Shown piece after piece: positions 39,459 to 49,176 of a stretch of 64,000 bases of DNA (its first letter is position 1; the number at the start of each line of letters is the position of its first letter). Source of the stretch: Candidatus Hodarchaeota archaeon (GTDB lineage Archaea > Asgardarchaeota > Lokiarchaeia > Sigyniarchaeales > SOKP01); NCBI GenBank assembly GCA_048887225.1, contig JBHLJY010000005.1:96001-160000 (forward strand), written 5' to 3'. The notes beneath the pieces are model-generated. The model was not told where the DNA came from. It did no database searches and saw only the letters and a program-made list of their open reading frames with translations. The position numbers and the translations under genes were made by a program.

Positions 39459-41394
39459 GAAATGGCACCTCCGTTCCTAAAGCATTTATAATAGACTTAT
39501 GGATTGCTTTATTTGGACAGATGTGATAGCACACTCCACACCTTACGCATCGATCATCGTCAATTTGCATAGATTCAAAACCATCTATTTCTGTTTTTCT
39601 AATTGCTGGACAACTTAATATGCGAGTACAGTCGTGACATAACTGACATCCATAAATATAATATGAAATTTCTTGTACTTTTTCACCTTGCTCTGAAAGA
39701 GCCCTTATTTGAGACATTCTCCATCTATGAGCTTGTAATGCACATTCACGCTTGATAATAATTACTTTTAAACCATCTAATTTTAGACTTTCTTCAATAG
39801 TTCGAGTAAGTCTTTTAGGGTTATATGAATCCTCAACTCGGAGCCACGGTACTCCTATTGCTTTACAAATTTTCTCAATAGAAAATCCTTGTTTAATTAA
39901 ATATCGTAGAACATCGTCTTGATGACCAGTCATAGCTGTCCATGAATTTTCAAAAATAATAAGTAGTATATTTGAATTATATCCGACTGCTTCTGCTAAC
40001 GGTGCCATACCTGTATGAAAAAACGTAGAATCACCAATCATAGCTATTATTTTTTGTTCAGATTTAGTTGACATTCCAATAGCCGCGCTTAATCCTCCTG
40101 ACATACAGATTATTAAATCGCTACATTTTTGGGGAGGGAAAAAAGACATAACATAACAACCAATATCTCCACAAATTACAGTATTTTCTAAATTATTTGT
40201 TGCTTTTAAAATAGTATAGAGTGTAGCACGTTCTGGACAACCAGCACAAAATGTTGGAAATCTGCTTGGAACAATATCTTTATAAGAGTTGAAATAATCG
40301 ATTGCTTTAGTCATTTGCTCGTTTGGTTTTTTATGAAATATTTGAGCTAAACATGAAGCAACTAATCCGGTTGAAAATTCGTTATATTTAGGGAAAACCT
40401 TTTGTCCTACTATTTCTACGTTAATTTTGTGATTGTGAGCAATTTCAGCAATTTTTACTTCTAAAAAAGGTTCCAATTCTTCAATTATAATTACTTTGTC
40501 AAGATTTTTGATAAAATTCGTTATTTCATTATAGTTTAATGGATGAATCATACCGAGTTTTAATACTGACACATCGTTTAATCCTAACTGATCCAGAGCT
40601 TCCATTGTATAGCCAAAAGGTATACCACTGGTTATTATTCCAACTTTATTATCTCCTGGGATAACACGATTTAATCCGAGCTCTGGAATTACCTCACGTA
40701 GTTTTTCAATCCTTTTATACAATCTTATATGGTTATTAATAGTATGCGGAGGTAGTGAATTGAATTTTGGAATATTTCTGATAAATTCACCTTTATTCTT
40801 ACCCTTTCTTAATGGACCCAATTCAACAAATCCTCTAGAGTGAGCACTTCTCGTTGACATTCGAAAATTAAGAACTAAATCATATTTTTCTGAAATGTCA
40901 AAAGCGATCTTAATCAAATCTTTACATTCTTGAGGGGTATGGGGCTCAATAGTAGGAAGGTGAAACATCCATGCATAAAAACGCTCATTTTGTTCTTGAT
41001 GTGATCCTAACGATCCTGGATCGGAGCCAATTGACACGATCATTGCTCCAGGATTGGGACCATTTAACGCAATTACACTTAAAGCATCACTAGCAACATT
41101 TAATCCTACATGTTTCATGGGATTTAAACTTCTACAACCCGTCCAAGCTGCTCCCGCGCAAGCAGATGTCGCAACAGCTTCGTTTACTGCCCAATGATGC
41201 ACTAAATATTCTCTTACTTCAGGATTTTCTTTAAGCATTTGATGAAAATATTCTCCAATATCACTAGTTGGAGTGCCTGGATATTGCGAAACATAAGATA
41301 CACCCGCCTCAAGACAACCTCTTACAAGTGCCTCGTTTCCAAGCATTAATACATTTCCTTGTTCATCAGTAAAACGTATATCTTTTATTGGCAA
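39448..41394 (-). CDS. iorA: Indolepyruvate:ferredoxin oxidoreductase alpha subunit
   Basis: LGNEA, YPGTPT, MKHVGLNVA, FCAGCP, GDIGCY, GDSTFFHTG, C-terminal ferredoxin Cys motifs. Confidence 0.92.
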   Translation of the reverse strand: MPIKDIRFTDEQGNVLMLGNEALVRGCLEAGVSYVSQYPGTPTSDIGEYFHQMLKENPEVREYLVHHWAVNEAVATSACAGAAWTGCRSLNPMKHVGLNVASDALSVIALNGPNPGAMIVSIGSDPGSLGSHQEQNERFYAWMFHLPTIEPHTPQECKDLIKIAFDISEKYDLVLNFRMSTRSAHSRGFVELGPLRKGKNKGEFIRNIPKFNSLPPHTINNHIRLYKRIEKLREVIPELGLNRVIPGDNKVGIITSGIPFGYTMEALDQLGLNDVSVLKLGMIHPLNYNEITNFIKNLDKVIIIEELEPFLEVKIAEIAHNHKINVEIVGQKVFPKYNEFSTGLVASCLAQIFHKKPNEQMTKAIDYFNSYKDIVPSRFPTFCAGCPERATLYTILKATNNLENTVICGDIGCYVMSFFPPQKCSDLIICMSGGLSAAIGMSTKSEQKIIAMIGDSTFFHTGMAPLAEAVGYNSNILLIIFENSWTAMTGHQDDVLRYLIKQGFSIEKICKAIGVPWLRVEDSYNPKRLTRTIEESLKLDGLKVIIIKRECALQAHRWRMSQIRALSEQGEKVQEISYYIYGCQLCHDCTRILSCPAIRKTEIDGFESMQIDDDRCVRCGVCYHICPNKAIHKSIINALGTEVPFREL

Positions 41395-41574
41395 TTTAAT
41401 CCTCTTGAAAAAATTTTAGGTTAATTTATAATTTTAACGCTAAATTACAAAAAAAATTTGTGATTATCTTTAAAAACTTTTAGATTCAATAGTAGTAAAT
41501 TACTTGCTTTTAGCGATTTAGTAAGTGAGATTAATTAGATTCTAATCTTTACCTATTTTTTTAAAAAACAAACA

Positions 41575-41626
41575 ATAAAAAAAGAAAAAGAAAAAAAATA
41601 CAAAAAAATTATATGCCCGTAAGGGC
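41575..41626 (-). terminator. Probable terminator of the actin gene
   Basis: On the minus strand, GCCC-TTAC-GGGC hairpin (41615-41626) begins 5 nt after the stop and is followed by long T-tracts. Confidence 0.55.
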
Positions 41627-41631
41627 TTAAT

Positions 41632-42777
41632 TTAAAAGCATCGGTGAATTACTTGTGGTCCCATCTCTTTATATTCGCGTCTTGTGACCCACATTCTATG
41701 GAAAGTCTTAAGGGAGCTCAAGATGGATCCACCAATCCATACGGAATACATACGCTCTGGCGGAGCAATGATCTTCACATCTACAGATTCAGGAATTTGC
41801 TCCTTAATTTCCTTAGTTAAGCGCTCCTTAATACCTGGGAACATAGTAGACCCTCCAGAAAGTACAATGTTGCTATATAAATCTCTTCTGAGGTCAACGT
41901 CACATTCAGAAATTGCACCAACAATAACATCATCTAAAGGCTCCAATTCTTTCCCAATTACTGATGGATTAAAGAAGCATTCTGGGGCTAAGAATCTTTC
42001 TACACCTACATTGATCGTTTCTCCGTCAGGAAGCATATAGCTCTTTTCCATTCCAGCTACTTTCTTACTAAGCATCATTTCCTTTTCAGGATCGATTGCT
42101 ACATAGCAGAGTTTCTCTTTTATGTCTCGCACGATTTCCTTTTCCGCTGATGTGGTAAAAGAATAACCCTTTTGTCTCAAAAGTCGTTGTAGATATGTAG
42201 TAATATCTCTACCTGCAAGGTCAATCCTTGCGATTGCATGGCTTAAGGCGAATCCCTCGAAGATTGGTACAACGTGGGATACACCATCACCTATATCTAT
42301 AACGCAACCCGTTGTACGACCAGAAGCATATAAAGATAATACTGCTTGCATTGCAACATAAAGTGCTGGTGTATTAAACGTTTCAAACATTATTTCAGCC
42401 ATTTTTTCTCTATTTGGCCTTGGATTTAATGGAGCTTCAGTCAAAAGTACTGGATGTTCACTTGGATCGATTCTTAAATCAGTATAAAAAGTATAATGCC
42501 AGATTTTCTCCATAGCAGTCCAATCTTCGATAATACCATGCTCTACAGGGAACATTAATTTTAAAACACCCTTTAATTGCATTGCTTCTTCACCAATATA
42601 ATATTCTCTGGTATAGTGCTCAACATCGGTCATTATTGACTCATATTTAGGATACCCAATCAAAGTAGGGAATACTGATCTTGGTTGGTCCTCTCCAGCG
42701 AATCCATTCTTCGAAATCCCCGTTCCATTATCCACGACAAGGGCTTTTGCGCTTAAAAAACTTTCATCTTCTGTCAT
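41632..42777 (-). CDS. Actin (Lokiactin-type Asgard actin)
   Basis: [87 protein letters not shown], ends HRCF. Confidence 0.97.
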   Translation of the reverse strand: MTEDESFLSAKALVVDNGTGISKNGFAGEDQPRSVFPTLIGYPKYESIMTDVEHYTREYYIGEEAMQLKGVLKLMFPVEHGIIEDWTAMEKIWHYTFYTDLRIDPSEHPVLLTEAPLNPRPNREKMAEIMFETFNTPALYVAMQAVLSLYASGRTTGCVIDIGDGVSHVVPIFEGFALSHAIARIDLAGRDITTYLQRLLRQKGYSFTTSAEKEIVRDIKEKLCYVAIDPEKEMMLSKKVAGMEKSYMLPDGETINVGVERFLAPECFFNPSVIGKELEPLDDVIVGAISECDVDLRRDLYSNIVLSGGSTMFPGIKERLTKEIKEQIPESVDVKIIAPPERMYSVWIGGSILSSLKTFHRMWVTRREYKEMGPQVIHRCF

Positions 42778-42886
42778 ATTTTTTATCAGCCTATTTTTTA
42801 ATTTTTATTAGATTTTTTTTTTGTATACATTAATGCATTGTTATAATTTGTTTTTTTATCTTTATAATTGTTTTTTTAATCAAAAA

Positions 42887-42911
42887 ACAACAAATATCGA
42901 TATTTTGTTGT
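42887..42911. promoter_or_regulatory. Palindrome upstream of actin
   Basis: ACAAC-AAATATCGATATTT-T-GTTGT: perfect 14-bp core (42892-42905) extended by 5 bp across a 1-nt bulge. Confidence 0.4.
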
Positions 42912-43083
42912 AAATAAAAAATTAAGTAATTAATAAACTGGATCTTTATAAATTTATTTAATCCAATATATGAATTATTTAAAGTGAGTGAGATTTTTTA
43001 ATTAAATCAAAAAATAGTTAAGTAAAAGCTATAATTCATTTACCATCAAATCGATTGTTTTTGTTAGATTTTTATTTTTTGAC

Positions 43084-43130
43084 AATTTCCCAAAAATGAG
43101 AGATCATAATATTCTCATTTATGGGAAATT
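43084..43130. promoter_or_regulatory. Long inverted repeat, candidate operator
   Basis: AATTTCCCAAAAATGAGA-N11-TCTCATTTATGGGAAATT; arms match at 17/18. Confidence 0.5.
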
Positions 43131-43211
43131 ACAAAATTTTTATTGCGTTTAATTGAAATATTATGATTAATACACTATAACTTGAATTAGATTATAAAAT
43201 ATACAAGAAAT

Positions 43212-43763
43212 GTGAGATTTGTTATGAAGTTCGAAAATTTTATTATTACAACCCGTGTATTAAAATATATATTAGATCATCCTAGTTGCACCATCCCCGA
43301 TATAAAAAATTTCTTTGGTATAGAAAGCTCTAATCCGCCTAATTATGAAGAAAAGAACCTCTATAAAATAATAACAAATTTAGATAATTCTGGATTTATA
43401 GATAAAATTGATAGTATTACAGTTATGCCTAGAGGTGCGCATTATAATCTTAAAGCTACTAATAAAGGAACCCAGATTGTTTTAGCCTTTAAAAAGATTT
43501 TCTCTGATATGGAGTTAGATATTTCTCCAACACGAACTCAAAATAAAAATAATAGAAACGTGAGACCTAGAGAATTATCCACAGAATTCTCTAAACTTTC
43601 ATACTCCGTTCTTAACGGTTTGTTACAGGGATTTCTTAATGAATTACCACAAGATGCAAGATGGATTCTCCGTTCAAAAAGACCTAAATTAAACATTCTT
43701 CTTGAAAAATCTCACATGAAACTTCAAAATCAGGTATCAAAAACAATTGATTTTTTAACTTAA
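43212..43763 (+). CDS. Winged-helix (PadR/MarR-like) domain protein, putative regulator
   Basis: VLKYI.DHP..TI.DI...LYK.I.NL...GFI....Y.L..T.KG. Confidence 0.6.
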   Translation: MRFVMKFENFIITTRVLKYILDHPSCTIPDIKNFFGIESSNPPNYEEKNLYKIITNLDNSGFIDKIDSITVMPRGAHYNLKATNKGTQIVLAFKKIFSDMELDISPTRTQNKNNRNVRPRELSTEFSKLSYSVLNGLLQGFLNELPQDARWILRSKRPKLNILLEKSHMKLQNQVSKTIDFLT

Positions 43764-43772
43764 AGCAATAAT

Positions 43773-45218
43773 ATGAATTTAACTCCGAATTATATTAAAA
43801 ATAATTTAAATAAAATAGGGATTGAAGAGGCGTATTCTCTTTTAAAAGAGTGGATTACCAATTCAAACGATTTGAATTTAAGATTAGAATCGTTGAGGCT
43901 TTTTGGTAGAATTGAAAGTGGTAAAAATTTTAAATTTTTTGAACAATTATTTCTTTCAGACGAAAATAACGAGATTAGGATTAGTTGCGGAAAAATTTTA
44001 AAAGATAAATATTTAAAACATAAAAAAATTATTCCGCTCTTGGAATTTACTCTTTCCAATGTTAATAATTTTGAACAAAAATTTCTTGCTGTAGAGATAT
44101 TAAACATAATAAATACTACAAAAACAAGAAAGATAATTAAAAGTTTTCTTAAGAAATATATTAAGACAAAATTAAGGGACAAAAAAGAAGAATTTCCAAG
44201 AGAAATCTTTTCGCGCGATTTTGATATTCCAATTCCTAAATCTATATTAGAAATTTGTTTTAATGTAATACTTTATGATCATTACGTGAATGAGTGCGGA
44301 TGTAACGTTACTTTACGTGATGGTTTTATTATTTTATTAAATTTTGAAGGTTCTAATTTAAATATGATTAAAAATATAGATGCTTTGAATAAACTTACAC
44401 ACTTAGAACATTTACTAGTTCAAAGGAATAATATAAAAAAAATAGATGGTCTTGAAAAACTAGAAAACCTAAAAAAATTAGATTTATCAAAAAATAACAT
44501 AAAACGCATTGAAAATTTACAGAGTTTAAATAATTTAGAAGAACTAAATTTATCTTATAATAATATAAATGATATTGAAAATCTTAATTCTCTTAAAAAT
44601 TTGAAGAAATTAAATTTAGAATCGAATTCAATAAATATTATTGATGGACTACAGGATTTGAACAATTTAGAAGAGTTGAATTTAAGTCATAATAGAATAT
44701 TAGAAATTAAAAATTTAGAATCATTGGGAAAATTAAAAAAATTAAATCTTTCATTTAATCAAATTGAAAGAATATCAGAGTTAAAAAAAATGGAAAATTT
44801 AATATGGTTGTATCTTAATAATAATATAATTTCCCAAATTGAAGGTTTAGACTCTTTACACAGTCTTAGAGGACTTTACCTTTCTAATAATGTGATTAAA
44901 CGAATTGAAAATATAGAAAATTTAATTAATTTAAGTCAATTAGCGTTATCCAATAATAAAATTCATAAAATTGAAGGATTAACAAATCAATTAAAACTAA
45001 ATACGCTATATCTTGATGATAACAATATAAAGAAATTGGAGGGTATAAAGAATTTAAAGAATTTAAATCAACTTTATCTCGTGAATAATCAAATTTCGAA
45101 ATATAGCAATAAAGATGTTGAAAATTTAGAAAAATTATATTATATCTTTTTAAATGGTAATCCTCTCACTCCTGAAAGTTGGCTTTGTTATAAAAAAAAA
45201 ATGACGAGATTTCCATAA
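43773..45218 (+). CDS. SDS22-type leucine-rich repeat protein with a HEAT-like N-terminal domain
   Basis: About 12 repeats of 22 aa (LxxLxLxxNxIxxIExLxx) ending L.GNPL. Confidence 0.9.
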   Translation: MNLTPNYIKNNLNKIGIEEAYSLLKEWITNSNDLNLRLESLRLFGRIESGKNFKFFEQLFLSDENNEIRISCGKILKDKYLKHKKIIPLLEFTLSNVNNFEQKFLAVEILNIINTTKTRKIIKSFLKKYIKTKLRDKKEEFPREIFSRDFDIPIPKSILEICFNVILYDHYVNECGCNVTLRDGFIILLNFEGSNLNMIKNIDALNKLTHLEHLLVQRNNIKKIDGLEKLENLKKLDLSKNNIKRIENLQSLNNLEELNLSYNNINDIENLNSLKNLKKLNLESNSINIIDGLQDLNNLEELNLSHNRILEIKNLESLGKLKKLNLSFNQIERISELKKMENLIWLYLNNNIISQIEGLDSLHSLRGLYLSNNVIKRIENIENLINLSQLALSNNKIHKIEGLTNQLKLNTLYLDDNNIKKLEGIKNLKNLNQLYLVNNQISKYSNKDVENLEKLYYIFLNGNPLTPESWLCYKKKMTRFP

Positions 45219-45315
45219 TTATTTCTTTTAATTCTTAAATTGATTGATTTTATTTTTATAATTTAAATTACTTATATATCTAAAGAACTTCTAAGTCACT
45301 CTATAGGGAATAAGT

Positions 45316-46146
45316 ATGACTCAACCAAACAACATACCCTCGTTTCAACCTCGTATAATAAAAAAAGACGATTTATATGGAGATAACGGTTATACATTGA
45401 GATTAATTAAGCCAAATATATATCAGTTTTATTGTATAGGTGCTGGCTGTCATGTTTATCTCGTAATTGGTGAAAATTTGAATGTATTAATAGACACCGG
45501 TATCGTCTCAAAATTTAATAGTTTTAATTATTTGCTCACTACAGAAATCGGGCTTAAAGTGGAGGATATTGATCTTGTAATTAATACACATGAACACTTC
45601 GACCACATAAGTTCGAACGCCTATTTTCATTGTCTTATTGCTGCTGGACGCTGGAGTGCAGTAAAAATCCAACACACAGATGAATTAATAACAAAAGGAA
45701 AGAAATGGGGAGTAGACTTATCAGACTTAAAAGTAAACATATGGCTTGAAAATAGAAACATATTTGATTTAGGAAATGTATTTTTGAAAGTAGTGGAAAC
45801 GCCTGGTCATACTTCTGGATGTATATGTCTTTACGAGCCTTTTAAACATTATATTTTTACTGGAGACACATTATTCCAGGGTGCAACAACAAACATATAT
45901 GAATCTGGCTCAATTTCAGAATACATTAATTCTCTAGAAATATTGAGCACTCTAAATATTAGCAGTTTTTATCCTGGACATGGAAAATATGTTTCTGGAG
46001 AGGACAATGTGAAAAAAGAAATCGCATCATCTATAGAAAACGCTAAAATGGAGCTTCAAACTTTTATTTATCGAATAAAATCCAAGCCGTTAGAGGAATC
46101 ACGACCACCCCCCTCTCTATATAATAGAGATGAAGAGGATTTATAG
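45316..46146 (+). CDS. MBL-fold metallo-hydrolase
   Basis: LIDTG, THEHFDH, TPGHT, FTGD, PGHG. Confidence 0.9.
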   Translation: MTQPNNIPSFQPRIIKKDDLYGDNGYTLRLIKPNIYQFYCIGAGCHVYLVIGENLNVLIDTGIVSKFNSFNYLLTTEIGLKVEDIDLVINTHEHFDHISSNAYFHCLIAAGRWSAVKIQHTDELITKGKKWGVDLSDLKVNIWLENRNIFDLGNVFLKVVETPGHTSGCICLYEPFKHYIFTGDTLFQGATTNIYESGSISEYINSLEILSTLNISSFYPGHGKYVSGEDNVKKEIASSIENAKMELQTFIYRIKSKPLEESRPPPSLYNRDEEDL

Positions 46147-46152
46147 ATATTA

Positions 46153-46761
46153 TTAATGTATTGCTTCAAGCTCAATTGGTTGACCACAATAATTACATAT
46201 TTTCAATTTTTTGGAAAATATTTTTCCACAATTTTTACAAGTTTGAAGGAATGTCAAAATAATAAGTTGGGCGACGTTTAAAAATGCTTTTTCGACGTTT
46301 TCTCCGGTTTTTGAAGAGGTTTCTATAGGATCTCCAATACAATTGAATTTTTGACTTGTTTTTTTCGCCTCTGCCATTGAAATTACTCTGTTATCTTTTA
46401 AATCAATTTTACTTCCAATCAATACTTTAATTACATTTTCGAGCGCATTTCCGTCTATGATTTTTACCCAATTTTTAATGTCGTCTAAAGAATCTTCATT
46501 TGTAGTATCATAAAGAATTAGGGCAGCGGAAGCTCCATTACAATAAGATGGGAAAAGAACTCTAAATCTTTCTTCTCCACCAAAGTCCCAAATATTCATC
46601 TCAATATCAATCTCATTTTCTAGTGCGACGACTTTTTTTCTAAACTCAACACCTATTGTAGACCTTGTCCTTTCATAAAAAACGTTATCGCAAAAGCGTG
46701 TTATCAAAGAGCTTTTCCCAACACCCAAAGATCCCGCAAGTATTATTTTATACTTAAGCAT
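46153..46761 (-). CDS. Rab/Ras-like small GTPase with C-terminal Zn ribbon (copy 1)
   Basis: GSLGVGKS, STIGVEF, WDFGGEERFR, GSKID, ETSSK, CKNC..CNYC. Confidence 0.92.
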   Translation of the reverse strand: MLKYKIILAGSLGVGKSSLITRFCDNVFYERTRSTIGVEFRKKVVALENEIDIEMNIWDFGGEERFRVLFPSYCNGASAALILYDTTNEDSLDDIKNWVKIIDGNALENVIKVLIGSKIDLKDNRVISMAEAKKTSQKFNCIGDPIETSSKTGENVEKAFLNVAQLIILTFLQTCKNCGKIFSKKLKICNYCGQPIELEAIH

Positions 46762-46797
46762 TAAAAGATTATTTATTGAATTAACTTAAGTTAATTG

Positions 46798-46825
46798 TAG
46801 AATATGATCACTTAAAAGTTTTTCA
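46798..46825 (-). promoter_or_regulatory. BRE-TATA promoter, duplicated with the GTPase gene
   Basis: Minus strand TGAAAAACTTTTAAGTGATCATATTCTA; 26/28 identical to 47584-47611. Confidence 0.6.
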
Positions 46826-46915
46826 CGTTAAGAAAACGATAAAATTTCTAACTAATTTTTCCAATTTCGATAAAAATGTATTAAATTTTTTTTAGAGATT
46901 AGATATTTTTATATT

Positions 46916-47527
46916 TTATTGAGATATTGCTTCAATCTCAATTTTTTGGCCGCAATAATTACATATATTCAATTTTTTAGAAAAAATTTTTCCACAATTT
47001 TTACATAGTTGAAGATACCTTGAAAGAATTTCTCTACAAACGTTTAAGAACGCTATTTCTACGTTTTCTCCGGTTTTTGACGAGGTTTCTATAGGCTCTC
47101 CAAAACAATTGAATTTTTCTCTTGCTTCTTTCGCTTCTTCCATGGATATTACTCTTTTATCCTTTAAATCGATTTTACTCCCAATTAATACCTTAATTAC
47201 ATTTTCAAAGGCGTTAGCGTCAATTATTTTTACCCAATTTTCCACATCTTTCAGTGATTCTTTGTTTGTCGTATCATAAAGAATTAAAGCAGCAGAAGCA
47301 CCATTACAATATGAAGGAAAAAGAGTTCTATATCTTTCTTCTCCTCCAAAATCCCATATATTTAATTCAATATCTAGCTTTCCATCAACATTAACTTTTT
47401 TCTTTTTAAAGGCAACACCTATAGTTGACATCATCCTTTCGTGAAATACATCATCACAGAATCGGGTTATCAAAGAGCTTTTTCCTACGTCCTTAGACCC
47501 TGCTAAAACTATCTTATATTTAAGCAT
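46916..47527 (-). CDS. Rab/Ras-like small GTPase with C-terminal Zn ribbon (copy 2, tandem paralog)
   Basis: GSKDVGKS, STIGVAF, WDFGGEERYR, GSKID, ETSSK, CKNC..CNYC. Confidence 0.92.
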   Translation of the reverse strand: MLKYKIVLAGSKDVGKSSLITRFCDDVFHERMMSTIGVAFKKKKVNVDGKLDIELNIWDFGGEERYRTLFPSYCNGASAALILYDTTNKESLKDVENWVKIIDANAFENVIKVLIGSKIDLKDKRVISMEEAKEAREKFNCFGEPIETSSKTGENVEIAFLNVCREILSRYLQLCKNCGKIFSKKLNICNYCGQKIEIEAISQ

Positions 47528-47583
47528 TATATAATAGTTCTTCTATATTTATGAAGTTAATTTCAAAATAATTAATAAAATTT

Positions 47584-47611
47584 TAGAATATAATCATTTA
47601 AAAGTTTTTCA
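47584..47611 (-). promoter_or_regulatory. BRE-TATA promoter of GTPase copy 2
   Basis: Minus strand TGAAAAACTTTTAAATGATTATATTCTA; near-identical to 46798-46825. Confidence 0.6.
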
Positions 47612-47690
47612 TAATAGGAATTGGATAAAAATTTTCACAAATTTTAACGCAAATTAATGATTTTTTTTAAAATTAAACATCATTATTAAT

Positions 47691-48251
47691 TTATTTTTTT
47701 ATATAATCGTTTATCCATAATTCTTGCATTACTTCGTCATAATAAGTTGAATTCATGTAGAATTGTTTTTTTCTAACACCAATTACTTTAAAACCTAGTT
47801 TTTTGTAAAGGTGTAAGGCACGTTCATTGGTAGAGAAACAGCTTAGTATTATTTTTTCTTTGTTATTTAATATTTTAGACTCACGAATAGCCGCATCTAT
47901 AAGGTTGAATCCAATTCCCATATCTCGATATTTGCTTGAGACAATAATTCCGAGCCGAGCGACGTGAGATGCAGCTTCCCATTCCAAATTTGAAATTTCA
48001 CATTGCCCTATGATGTGAAAAGGAGATTTCAGAGTTGAGATTTCTGCTACAATGCATATTTCTTTTTCTCTTTTAATATTCCCGTACCAAGTATCTTTTT
48101 CTATTTGTGATAATACAGGTGTTAAAACAGGTAGATAAATTCCTTCTTCTAACACATCGTTAAAATTTTTCCAAACTCCATCTATATCCGTCTTTTTTAT
48201 ATGACGAATAATGACTTTTTCGCCGGTTTTTAACTCTAAGACTTTTTTCAT
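47691..48251 (-). CDS. GNAT N-acetyltransferase
   Basis: LGI.V...YRDMGIG, N.RALHLYKKLGF. Confidence 0.88.
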   Translation of the reverse strand: MKKVLELKTGEKVIIRHIKKTDIDGVWKNFNDVLEEGIYLPVLTPVLSQIEKDTWYGNIKREKEICIVAEISTLKSPFHIIGQCEISNLEWEAASHVARLGIIVSSKYRDMGIGFNLIDAAIRESKILNNKEKIILSCFSTNERALHLYKKLGFKVIGVRKKQFYMNSTYYDEVMQELWINDYIKK

Positions 48252-48328
48252 AATTTAAAGATGTTTATTTCTAATATTTGGATAATAAATATAATTATTT
48301 TTATAATTTTATTGTTTATTTTAATATT

Positions 48329-48778
48329 ATGGAAAGTGAAAAAGATGAAGAAGTAGAAAAAAAAGAGGAAGAAACTGCTAATTTGTCAAAGCAACTTGAT
48401 CAAGATAAAAAGAAACTAGTTGCTAAAGATTTAGTTGAATTAGAACACGTTGATGTCAAAAAGCAGGAAGTAAGTCAAGAAACAAAGGAATTAGCAAACG
48501 CTTTAAAACAGAGAGAACTGGAGGAAGGAATTTCTGAAGAACTTACAAACGATGAGATAACGATCCTTGAATCTTTTATAGGGAAAAGGTTGTTCCTTAG
48601 GCGAATAGCAATTGTAGCCAATCAAAGTAGGATACCATTAGGAATTGAACCGTTTAAAAAAGATGATTTAGAACTCTTACTCGATCGCTTAATTCATAAA
48701 GGTTTTATAGATTTTGATATAGTTAACGACGAAAGAGTCTATTTTCTTACTGAGAAAGGGAAAGAAAAAATTCAATGA
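48329..48778 (+). CDS. Hypothetical protein: acidic coiled-coil N-terminus plus C-terminal winged helix
   Basis: Start moved to ATG 48329 (MESEKDEE); L.RL..KGFI......VYFLTEKG. Confidence 0.65.
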   Translation: MESEKDEEVEKKEEETANLSKQLDQDKKKLVAKDLVELEHVDVKKQEVSQETKELANALKQRELEEGISEELTNDEITILESFIGKRLFLRRIAIVANQSRIPLGIEPFKKDDLELLLDRLIHKGFIDFDIVNDERVYFLTEKGKEKIQ

Positions 48779-48790
48779 AAATAAAAAAAA

Positions 48791-49099
48791 TTAATCTTTT
48801 TTTAAAATAAGTTTATTTATTGGAATATCTTGCCACTCTCCTGAAGGAAGCTCGCGGCGTATTGTAAGTGGCAGGATGCCTTCTCTCAATTCTAACTGAG
48901 CAATTTTAATAGGATCAATCACATTTATTGGCTTTTCAATTAATATCGGGGCACCAAAACTTATTTGAAGAGCTCTTGCACCAACTATTCGAGCTTTTTC
49001 GTATCGAGTTAAAAAAATTGCTCCTATCTTTACGTATTTTCTTACTTCTTTGTAAACTTTGCGCAAGTTCCGAGACTCTAAGAAACTTGATTCAGGCAC
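48791..49099 (-). CDS. rpoK: DNA-directed RNA polymerase subunit K (Rpo6)
   Basis: LTRYEKARIVGARALQIS.GAP, LPLTIRR.LP. The track start (49237) falls inside the tRNA; GTG 49099 is the likely start. Confidence 0.93.
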   Translation of the reverse strand: MPESSFLESRNLRKVYKEVRKYVKIGAIFLTRYEKARIVGARALQISFGAPILIEKPINVIDPIKIAQLELREGILPLTIRRELPSGEWQDIPINKLILKKD

Positions 49100-49176
49100 G
49101 GTTAAACTAACCAAAAATGAGTAATTATCAAGTAAAATACTTGATATCATATAACTTTTTTGGTCAAAAAAATTAG

